A stretch of 64,000 bases of DNA, from the IMG/VR virus record IMGVR_UViG_3300039405_000004. One strand, 5' to 3'. A program made the position numbers and the translations under genes. Positions 55,087 to 61,944 of the stretch are shown one piece after another (the stretch's first letter is position 1; each line of letters opens with the position of its first letter). The notes under the pieces are model-generated. The model was not told where the DNA came from. It worked only from the letters and a program-made list of their open reading frames with translations, and ran no database searches. This DNA is from a virus.

Positions 55087-55521
55087 ATGGCTCGCCGCGT
55101 CACCGAACCCCGCCGGAAGCTCACTCCGGTTCAGAAGCTTACCATCATGGCCCGGCAGGCTCGCTGCCCGCTGTGCGGCGAGAAGCTGGGCGAGCTGACC
55201 GACACTGAGTTCGACCACGAACAGGCGCTGGTCAACGGCGGGGCCGATGATCCGGACAATATGCGGGCAGTTCATCGCGACTGCCACAAAGTTAAGACCC
55301 ACGGCCCCGGAGGCGAGCGCCGGGTGACGACGGCCGGCAGTGACCGGCACATTGCCGACAAGACTGACAGGCTTTCCGAAAGCTACCGAGACTTTCAGCG
55401 GAAGCTTCTGTCTGCCGAGCCTCGTGAGCCGACACCAACCAAACAATTCGGACGTTCTAGCGGCTTTGCTCCTGCTCAGCGCAAAGGGCGAGCCAGCAAC
55501 TATCAGCGCCGAGGTGTCTGA
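55087..55521 (+). CDS. HNH endonuclease
   Basis: CPLCG...FDHEQAL.NGG.DD.DNMRAVH.DCH..KT. Confidence 0.85.
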   Translation: MARRVTEPRRKLTPVQKLTIMARQARCPLCGEKLGELTDTEFDHEQALVNGGADDPDNMRAVHRDCHKVKTHGPGGERRVTTAGSDRHIADKTDRLSESYRDFQRKLLSAEPREPTPTKQFGRSSGFAPAQRKGRASNYQRRGV

Positions 55522-55604
55522 TGCTCCTCAATCTAGTCCCTGGGCTGATCTGCTTCGCCTTCGCCGCTCGTGTCTTTTTCAACCTTTTGATCGGGTTTTG
55601 ATCC

Positions 55605-55922
55605 ATGTGCGATCTTGCGAATGCCGCCGACGACACCCCCGAGCCCTTCGTTGAGGCTCCTTCCCTTAACACCACCCGCCTCCGCCGTCTCGGAGACGAC
55701 CTCCGCAACCGGATGCACGACATCGCCCGTGTTGTCGAAGGCCGCCGTCAGGGCGATCCCAACTTCACCAGCGCCGCCTGCAACCGGATGTATCTGTCCC
55801 TGGCTCTCAATGCCTCGGATGACATCGTTCGGTCGCTGAAGGAGGTGGAGGCCGAGGTTCTTCCGCGTCCTGTCGGTTCTGACCGGCTGCCGGCCACTGT
55901 GAGCCCGGGAGCGCTGTCGTGA
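55605..55922 (+). CDS. Hypothetical protein
   Basis: Operon position. Confidence 0.5.
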   Translation: MCDLANAADDTPEPFVEAPSLNTTRLRRLGDDLRNRMHDIARVVEGRRQGDPNFTSAACNRMYLSLALNASDDIVRSLKEVEAEVLPRPVGSDRLPATVSPGALS

Positions 55923-56236
55923 GCACCATCCACGAACTCAAGACGCTGCCGGTCTACTTTGACGCTGTCGAGCGCGGCGAGAAGACGTTCGAGATCCGGC
56001 GCGATGATCGAGGCTTCCAGAAGGGCGACACGATCCGGCTCCTGCGCCTCACCGAAAACCCCCTCGGTTCGCAGATCTTCACGCCCGAAGACGGCTGCGG
56101 CACGACGGGCATGCCGTCGCTCGCCCATTCCGTCGAGCGCCGCATCGCCTGGATCTTGACCGGCGGTCAGTTCGGCCTTGAGCCCGGCTATGTGATCCTG
56201 GCCCTCGCGGCAGAGCAGCCGGAGGCGCAGTCATGA
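55919..56236 (+). CDS. ASCH/PUA (DUF3850-like) protein
   Basis: HELKT.P.YFDAV..GEKTFEIRRDDRGFQKGD. Confidence 0.85.
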   Translation: MSTIHELKTLPVYFDAVERGEKTFEIRRDDRGFQKGDTIRLLRLTENPLGSQIFTPEDGCGTTGMPSLAHSVERRIAWILTGGQFGLEPGYVILALAAEQPEAQS

Positions 56237-56469
56237 GCGCCTTCTACATCGACCGCTCGCGTCCCGGCGTCGCCCCTCGCGTCTACCACGAGAGCAACAC
56301 CACTCTCGCCGTCGCCCTGATCCTCTCTGAGGACGACGGCACCGTGTGTCTGTTCCCGGTGAAGTTCGAGGGCGCTCCGTACCCTCTCACCGGGGCCAGC
56401 ATGATCTTCCCGAATGAGGAGGCTGTCTCTGACTTCCTCGGCATCGAACAGCGTGCGGAGGCGGCATGA
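56233..56469 (+). CDS. Hypothetical protein
   Basis: ATGA coupling. Confidence 0.55.
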   Translation: MSAFYIDRSRPGVAPRVYHESNTTLAVALILSEDDGTVCLFPVKFEGAPYPLTGASMIFPNEEAVSDFLGIEQRAEAA

Positions 56470-56882
56470 GCGCGCTTGATCTCTGCACTCGCGAGACGAT
56501 CGCCGTCGCGACCCATGATGGCCCGGACACGATCCCCTCGTGGCGCTACCGGGATCTGGCCTGTCACAACGGGCTTGGCGGTGAGGCCGGGCGCTGGGTC
56601 ATCACGCATCTGCCGAGCGGGCTTGCTTTCACGCAGCTCGGTTCGTTTGAGCGGATTGAGGATGCCGCGGAAGCTCTGGTCGAGGTCGCTCGGCTCCGGA
56701 ACGACTGGCCTCACATCAAGCGCGATGACCTGAAGCGGATCGCTGAGCAGGCTGCGCCGATCTTCCGGAAGCACAACGCGAAGCCGCGCCTGTCGACCTT
56801 CGGCGGCAACATGTACGGGCCGGGCAAGAAGATCGTCGGTCAGCCGCTGAACGGCTTTGACGGGCTGGAGCGGCGCCGATGA
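56466..56882 (+). CDS. Hypothetical protein
   Basis: ATGA coupling; WVITHLPSGL. Confidence 0.6.
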   Translation: MSALDLCTRETIAVATHDGPDTIPSWRYRDLACHNGLGGEAGRWVITHLPSGLAFTQLGSFERIEDAAEALVEVARLRNDWPHIKRDDLKRIAEQAAPIFRKHNAKPRLSTFGGNMYGPGKKIVGQPLNGFDGLERRR

Positions 56883-57388
56883 ACGCCCCCGTCCGCATCC
56901 CGCTCCATCAGGAGATGGCCGTTGCCAGCCAAGTGGCGGCCGCTCTGATCGCCGCGGGCATTGAGCCGGATGATCCCGACTTCACCGAGCTGATGGCCTC
57001 GGAGACCGACGTGCTGGAGCGTCTGCGCCGGATCCTCCGCGCCGCGACCCGCACAGAGGCCCACAGCGAGGCGCTGGCGGGCATCATCAAGGACAACCGG
57101 GAGCGGAAGGCCCGGCTGGACAGCAAGGCTGAGCGGCTTCGTGGCGTGGTTCTGCAGGCCATGGCCGAACTCGGGCTGAAGAAGCTTGAGGGGCCCGACC
57201 TGACCGCCACGGTCGGCGCCGGCAAGCCCAAGGTGGTCATCACCGACGAAGCCGCCCTTCCGGACGACGCCTGCGTCTTCAAGCGTGAGCCGAGCAAGGC
57301 CGCCATCGCCGCCGCACTCGCCGATGGCCCGGTCGCCGGAGCCGAGTGGGGCAACCCGCAACCCGTTCTTACCGTGAGAACGCGATGA
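56879..57388 (+). CDS. Siphovirus Gp157-like protein
   Basis: Coiled coil; V.ITDEAALP...EPSKAAI..AL..G.V.GA. Confidence 0.8.
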   Translation: MNAPVRIPLHQEMAVASQVAAALIAAGIEPDDPDFTELMASETDVLERLRRILRAATRTEAHSEALAGIIKDNRERKARLDSKAERLRGVVLQAMAELGLKKLEGPDLTATVGAGKPKVVITDEAALPDDACVFKREPSKAAIAAALADGPVAGAEWGNPQPVLTVRTR

Positions 57389-57864
57389 GCGAGGCTCGCA
57401 AGCGCGCGGACGATTTCGTCTCGTTCATGCGACAGGTCGCGATCGGGGCCGACAAGGGGTCCTGCTGGCTATGGACTGGCGGCGGCGGTGATGGTCGCTA
57501 TGGCCATTTCTGCATCGACGGTGGTTCGGTGAAAGCTCACCGATGGATCTACGACTATGTCGTTGAGCCAATCGATGATGGCCTCGTGCTCCGGCACCGC
57601 TGCGACAATCCTAAGTGCGTGAACCCGGCGCACTTGGAGCCCGGCACTTCGTCGCAAAACACGCAAGATGCGATTGAGCGCGGTCGCTGGCCGGATCGAT
57701 CCGGCGAAAAGCATCCGATGGCCGTCCTTGATGCGGAGAAAGTCGTTCGCATCCGAAATTTAGCGGCGCTTGGCTACACGCAACACTGGATAGCGGAACA
57801 GTGCGGCATCTCCCGGCAGCACGTCGGGAAAATCGTTCGGCGCGAATGCTGGGATCATATCTGA
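57385..57864 (+). CDS. HNH endonuclease
   Basis: CWLWTG...YG.F...AHRW...LRHRCDNPKCVNPAHLEPGT. Confidence 0.9.
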   Translation: MSEARKRADDFVSFMRQVAIGADKGSCWLWTGGGGDGRYGHFCIDGGSVKAHRWIYDYVVEPIDDGLVLRHRCDNPKCVNPAHLEPGTSSQNTQDAIERGRWPDRSGEKHPMAVLDAEKVVRIRNLAALGYTQHWIAEQCGISRQHVGKIVRRECWDHI

Positions 57865-58502
57865 TGACCACCGCTAACGACAAAATTCGCGAAGTGCTCG
57901 GCCGCTACGGCGAGCCGTTCACCGAGGGCCAGGGCGGCAACGTCTGGCGCGTCCAGGGTACGCCAGTCATCTCGCACCGCTGCCTTGAGCGCATCGCGGC
58001 GCAGGCCGGCATCGTGTTCGAGAAGCCAACCATCCTCCGCGCGGAGCGCGATGAGGCGGTCATCATGGTCGCCGGCAGCCTCGACAAGCGCTCTGAGTGG
58101 TCGATCGGCGAGGCGCTGGTCAACGTGAACTACCGCGTCTCGGGCAAGCAGGCGGCCTACGTCTACGCCATGGCCGAGAAGCGCGGGAAGGACCGCGTCA
58201 TCCTCAAGCTCGTGGAGTTGCACGGGCTCGCCTACTCCGAGGAGGAGGCCGACGAGTTCAAGAAAGCCGGTCGCCAGCAGGACGACACCGTTGATCCTGA
58301 CGTGGCCGCCAACGAGTTCATCGCGTCCTGCAAGAAGCGGATCGCAGATGCTCCCGACACGGCAACGCTGGCCGGCTGGTGGAACACCGACGAGCGGCGC
58401 CAAGCTTTCCGCGACTTCGAACTGAACGACGATGAGTGTCGCGAGCTTCAGCAGCTCGTCACGGCCCGCGTCGAAGCCCTCAAGCCGCGAGCCGTGTCAT
58501 GA
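57864..58502 (+). CDS. Putative single-strand annealing protein (Rad52/Erf-like)
   Basis: YVYAMAEKRGKDRVILKL..LHG.AYSEEEADEFK; next to Gp157. Confidence 0.65.
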   Translation: MTTANDKIREVLGRYGEPFTEGQGGNVWRVQGTPVISHRCLERIAAQAGIVFEKPTILRAERDEAVIMVAGSLDKRSEWSIGEALVNVNYRVSGKQAAYVYAMAEKRGKDRVILKLVELHGLAYSEEEADEFKKAGRQQDDTVDPDVAANEFIASCKKRIADAPDTATLAGWWNTDERRQAFRDFELNDDECRELQQLVTARVEALKPRAVS

Positions 58503-58912
58503 CCGGCCGCGCCTTCCTTATCTTGGCCAACGCCGCCGTCCGTGAGCGGGCTATCAAATGGATCCAGGGCCTGCCTGAGGGCACGCGCGTGGAGTTCAAG
58601 GGGCCGCGCCGGTCCCTCGACGCCAACGCGCTCCTGTGGGCTCGCTTGGCCGACATCTCCAAGCAGGTCGACTGGTACGGCCAGAAGCTGTCCAGCGAGG
58701 ACTGGAAGGACGTGCTCAGTGCGTCCCTTCGCAAAGCCCGCGTCGTGCCCGGCATCGATCCCGGCACCTTCGTCCCGCTCGGCATGCGGACCTCGGACAT
58801 GAGCAAGGCCGAGTTCAGCGAACTGCTGGCCCTGATCGACGCCTTCGCCGCCGAGCGCGGTGTCGTCTGGTCGGATGCCGGCTTCGAAGATGCCGCTCGG
58901 AGGGCCGCCTGA
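58499..58912 (+). CDS. ninB: NinB family protein
   Basis: RRSLDANALLWARL.DIS.QV.WYG..LS.EDWK...G.RTSDMSKAEFSEL. Confidence 0.9.
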   Translation: MTGRAFLILANAAVRERAIKWIQGLPEGTRVEFKGPRRSLDANALLWARLADISKQVDWYGQKLSSEDWKDVLSASLRKARVVPGIDPGTFVPLGMRTSDMSKAEFSELLALIDAFAAERGVVWSDAGFEDAARRAA

Positions 58913-59079
58913 TGTCCTGGCTCAACTGGCTGAGCCTGTTCCTCGGCGTCGGCATTGGCGTCGTCCTCTCGCTCATCTGCGCCTTCTGCATCGGCGTCCG
59001 GGTCGCCCGCGAAGACCTCCGAGAGGAGGACAAGGAGCGGGAGCAGTTTCGCAGGCTTGAGGATGGAGACGGCAAATGA
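58912..59079 (+). CDS. Small membrane protein
   Basis: One TM segment plus charged tail. Confidence 0.55.
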   Translation: MSWLNWLSLFLGVGIGVVLSLICAFCIGVRVAREDLREEDKEREQFRRLEDGDGK

Positions 59080-59459
59080 ACACCGGCCTTCCCATCCCGC
59101 CGAGCGAAGTCGCCGAGATGATCACCCTCGCAGAGCAGGGCCTGTCTCGCACGGACATCGCCGCCATCATGGATCGGTCCTACCGGACCGTCCGCAAGTA
59201 CGTCGGGCATATTGCCTGCGGTGAGGCTGGACGTCCTGCCGACGTCGATCGCTACCGCCGGATGCTCAGGGCCGTCTCTTCGGCTGGGTACGGCGACAGA
59301 GACGGCATCGCCCGCCGCTTCGGCCTCAAGGACGCTGACGTTCTCCGTGTCGTCCTCGTGAGAGCCCGTCGCGCTGTTGCTGCCGCTCTCCCCGTTACCG
59401 ATGCCCTGGGCGCCGGGAAGGCGGGTGAGGACGAGAGGAGAAGACATCATGGCGCGTGA
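59076..59459 (+). CDS. HTH protein
   Basis: GLSRTDIAAIMDRSYRTVRKY. Confidence 0.65.
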   Translation: MNTGLPIPPSEVAEMITLAEQGLSRTDIAAIMDRSYRTVRKYVGHIACGEAGRPADVDRYRRMLRAVSSAGYGDRDGIARRFGLKDADVLRVVLVRARRAVAAALPVTDALGAGKAGEDERRRHHGA

Positions 59460-59814
59460 CTTCGTCGCCGAGCCCTCGCCCTTCGGGTCGAGCCCTTCGG
59501 TCTCGCCGGCTGACGCCGCCACGGTCTCTCGCGCGGGTGAGCCGCCGCCGCGACCGCTCAGCAGCCTCACGCCGCAAGAGATCAAATGGTGTTCCCGGCG
59601 CGTCTGTTTCCTGTGCGAGCAGAGGCTGAGCACCGACACGTGCGGTGGCTTGTTCGAGCGCTGCACTCAGGAAACGATGGATCGGCGTCGCGGCAATGCT
59701 CTCGCGACGTATCGGCCTCGTGCGCCAAAGATCGAAGCCCGTAGGGCAGAGATGCGAAGCAGCTCTGTCGAAGACGAGAGCTTGGTGACCGTAAGGTCAG
59801 GCGCCCATGAATAG
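59449..59814 (+). CDS. Cassette-encoded Cys-rich protein
   Basis: Both termini are encoded by repeat ends; core WCSRRVCFLCEQ...CGG...C. Confidence 0.55.
   Translation: MARDFVAEPSPFGSSPSVSPADAATVSRAGEPPPRPLSSLTPQEIKWCSRRVCFLCEQRLSTDTCGGLFERCTQETMDRRRGNALATYRPRAPKIEARRAEMRSSSVEDESLVTVRSGAHE
59451..59534 (-). repeat. Cassette left-end hairpin repeat L2
   Basis: GGCGCG start, TTCG hairpins, CTCGCGC end. Confidence 0.8.
59734..59806 (+). repeat. Cassette right-end hairpin repeat R2
   Basis: GAAGCCCGTAGGGCAGAG...TGACCGTAAGGTCA-GGCGCCC. Confidence 0.85.
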
Positions 59815-59882
59815 CCCCGTCCCCCTCCCCCTCCCCCTCGCCCTAGCCGGCGCCATCGCGATCACCGCGGGAGAAAAGCATC

Positions 59883-60497
59883 ATGGCTGACCAGACGATG
59901 TACGTCCGCATCGTGGGCGAACCGTTTCTGTCGCGCGCCAAGGCGTACCGGGAGCAGCTTGCGGCCTGGGGCGACGCTTGGAAGCCATTCGTCCAGGAGC
60001 GTGGCGGTGATGGCGTCAGCGTCAGCGGCAAGGCGCTCAGCTTCAAGAACGGCAAGGCCCCCGAGGGCTGGACGCGGCCGGCCGGGAACGCCGGCATGAG
60101 CCATCCGAAGAAGGGCCACCCAGATATTGAAGCGCTGGCCCACCTCCGAGAGAAGTCCCCGCGCCCAGACAGCCGTGACGTCTTTGGTGACGAGATCCCG
60201 CTCAACCTGTCCTGGGAGGCGGAAGGCGGCGGCCGCGGAAGCTGCGGGATCGGCAACATGGGCCTGATCCTCAACGGCCCGCACGTCGGCTGGGCCGGCG
60301 ATACCTACCTCGGGTGGACGGCCGACCCGGCAGCCGCCGTGGCGGCCCATCTCGCGGCCTACCCCGATCACCGCATTGTTGGGGCGGCCGCGACGTGGAC
60401 GATGCCCGCCGGTCTGATCCGGCTCACCGAGGCCGAGTACGAGCTGATCTTCGCTCAGCACAAGGTCGACCTGGAGCGCGCCGGAGAGGCCGCATGA
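59883..60497 (+). CDS. Hypothetical protein
   Basis: GGAG RBS; 204 aa. Confidence 0.65.
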   Translation: MADQTMYVRIVGEPFLSRAKAYREQLAAWGDAWKPFVQERGGDGVSVSGKALSFKNGKAPEGWTRPAGNAGMSHPKKGHPDIEALAHLREKSPRPDSRDVFGDEIPLNLSWEAEGGGRGSCGIGNMGLILNGPHVGWAGDTYLGWTADPAAAVAAHLAAYPDHRIVGAAATWTMPAGLIRLTEAEYELIFAQHKVDLERAGEAA

Positions 60498-60550
60498 CCT
60501 CCCTCGCCCTGGCCGCCGGTCTGCTCGCCTACACCGGAGGAGAAGCGGGT

Positions 60551-60634
60551 GGGCGCGTCCTTCGGACCGGGCTCTCATCCTTCGGATCGGACCCCTTCGG
60601 GTTCCGCCGGCTACGCCGTTTCGATCCCTCGCGC
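60551..60634 (-). repeat. Cassette left-end hairpin repeat L3
   Basis: GGGCGCGTCCTTCGGAC...GATCCCTCGCGC, similar to L1. Confidence 0.85.
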
Positions 60635-60648
60635 GGAGGTGCCTTCTG

Positions 60649-61221
60649 ATGGGCTATTGGGATACGCCCGGCCAGTCCGACGAGTGGTACACGCCACCAG
60701 CTGTATTCGCCGCTCTCGGGTGCCACTTTGACTTAGACGTAGCTCCGGCTCGATTTGGACGCGACTACGTTCCCGCGGATGCTCGCGTCTCAGGATGCGG
60801 GCTTTCGGCACCATGGCATGGGACAGTGTGGTGCAACCCGCCTTTCGGCGGCCGAAACGGCATTGAGCCATGGCTCAACCGGTTCTTTAGTCACGGCGAT
60901 GGCATCGCCCTTGCGCCTGATCGGACGTCCGCGCCGTGGTTCTGGTCGGCGTGGCGGAGAGCCGACACGGTACTGTTCACTCGTAAGATCAGGTTCATCC
61001 GTCCGGATGGTACGGAGGGCGTGTCTCCATCTAATGGCACTGCATTATTCGCAGTCGGCGATCGTGCTTCGGCAGCGCTGTCACGAGCAGCGCGACGTGG
61101 GTTTGGCATTCTAGCACTTCCCGGCTCAGCGCCCGCGCAAGCAATCGAAGTCCGAAGGACAGAAACGCAAAGCGGTTCTGCTTGCGAGAGTGCGGTCGGC
61201 GTAGCCGAGGCGCCCAAATGA
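60649..61221 (+). CDS. Phage DNA N6-adenine methyltransferase (Dam-type)
   Basis: DEWYTP..VF..LG..FDLDVA...W.G.VWCNPPF. Confidence 0.88.
   Translation: MGYWDTPGQSDEWYTPPAVFAALGCHFDLDVAPARFGRDYVPADARVSGCGLSAPWHGTVWCNPPFGGRNGIEPWLNRFFSHGDGIALAPDRTSAPWFWSAWRRADTVLFTRKIRFIRPDGTEGVSPSNGTALFAVGDRASAALSRAARRGFGILALPGSAPAQAIEVRRTETQSGSACESAVGVAEAPK
61147..61215 (+). repeat. Cassette right-end hairpin repeat R3
   Basis: GAAGTCCGAAGGACAGAA...TTCTG...TCGGCGTAGCCGA-GGCGCCC. Confidence 0.85.
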
Positions 61222-61364
61222 CCGCCTCAGACGCCTTCTGTCTCACCGTCGCCATGGTCGGCGGCACCGCGCTCACTGCGGTGACATGGCGCCTCGACAA
61301 GCCCGTCCGCTCAGCAGGCTCAAGGCGGACTTGGCTGCGCTGCCTCATTCGATCGAACCGATAG
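61218..61364 (+). CDS. Small membrane peptide
   Basis: ATG directly after R3; hydrophobic N-terminal half. Confidence 0.4.
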   Translation: MTASDAFCLTVAMVGGTALTAVTWRLDKPVRSAGSRRTWLRCLIRSNR

Positions 61365-61376
61365 GAGACTGACGCC

Positions 61377-61607
61377 ATGGAGATTAAGAACGCGACCACG
61401 GTTCACCGGCTCTGGGGATCTCTCACCGACGCCGAACTGATCGCTGTCTTCCAATACGACACTGACGCCAAGAGCTTCTGTGAACGCTGCATTGAGCAGC
61501 AGCCCAAAGAAGCAGCCCTCATCTGGGTCAGCCACTACGACGGCAAGATGAACATCGTTCGTCATGCCTCCAAGGCCGCCCCCGCGACCGAAACGTCGGG
61601 AGCCTGA
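61377..61607 (+). CDS. Hypothetical protein
   Basis: AGGAG RBS. Confidence 0.6.
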   Translation: MEIKNATTVHRLWGSLTDAELIAVFQYDTDAKSFCERCIEQQPKEAALIWVSHYDGKMNIVRHASKAAPATETSGA

Positions 61608-61610
61608 GAG

Positions 61611-61943
61611 ATGGCAGACCGCAAAATCCACTGGCGCTGCTTTCATTGCGGCGAGGCCTTCACCAAGGCGCAAGAGCGCTGGGCCCGCCAGCACTTCGGG
61701 GCTGACGAGATGGAGACCCCCGTCTGCCTGATGCGGATCCCCGGCGAGCATCACCTGCTGGAGCGCCTTCGCCGGCAGGAGGCGGAACTGGCCGCCTACC
61801 GGGCCGAGGACACCAACCTGCATCGGGCGATCCACGCCATGTCATCCGACCACGCGCAGGCGCTGCGCCGCGAGGAAGAGCGCGGCTACGAGAAGGGCCT
61901 CCGTGATGGTCAGGCTCTGGCTCTCACCCCCTCGGAGGCATGA
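61611..61943 (+). CDS. Zn-finger hypothetical protein
   Basis: WRCFHCGE.F...A.QHFG. Confidence 0.7.
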   Translation: MADRKIHWRCFHCGEAFTKAQERWARQHFGADEMETPVCLMRIPGEHHLLERLRRQEAELAAYRAEDTNLHRAIHAMSSDHAQALRREEERGYEKGLRDGQALALTPSEA

Positions 61944-61944
61944 C

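Noticed and set aside
53780-59720. 18 bp exact repeat CGCGACGTATCGGCCTCG at 53780-53797 and 59703-59720
   Set aside because: It contains only an operator half-site; one such match is plausible by chance in 64 kb of GC-rich DNA, and no att-like context is evident
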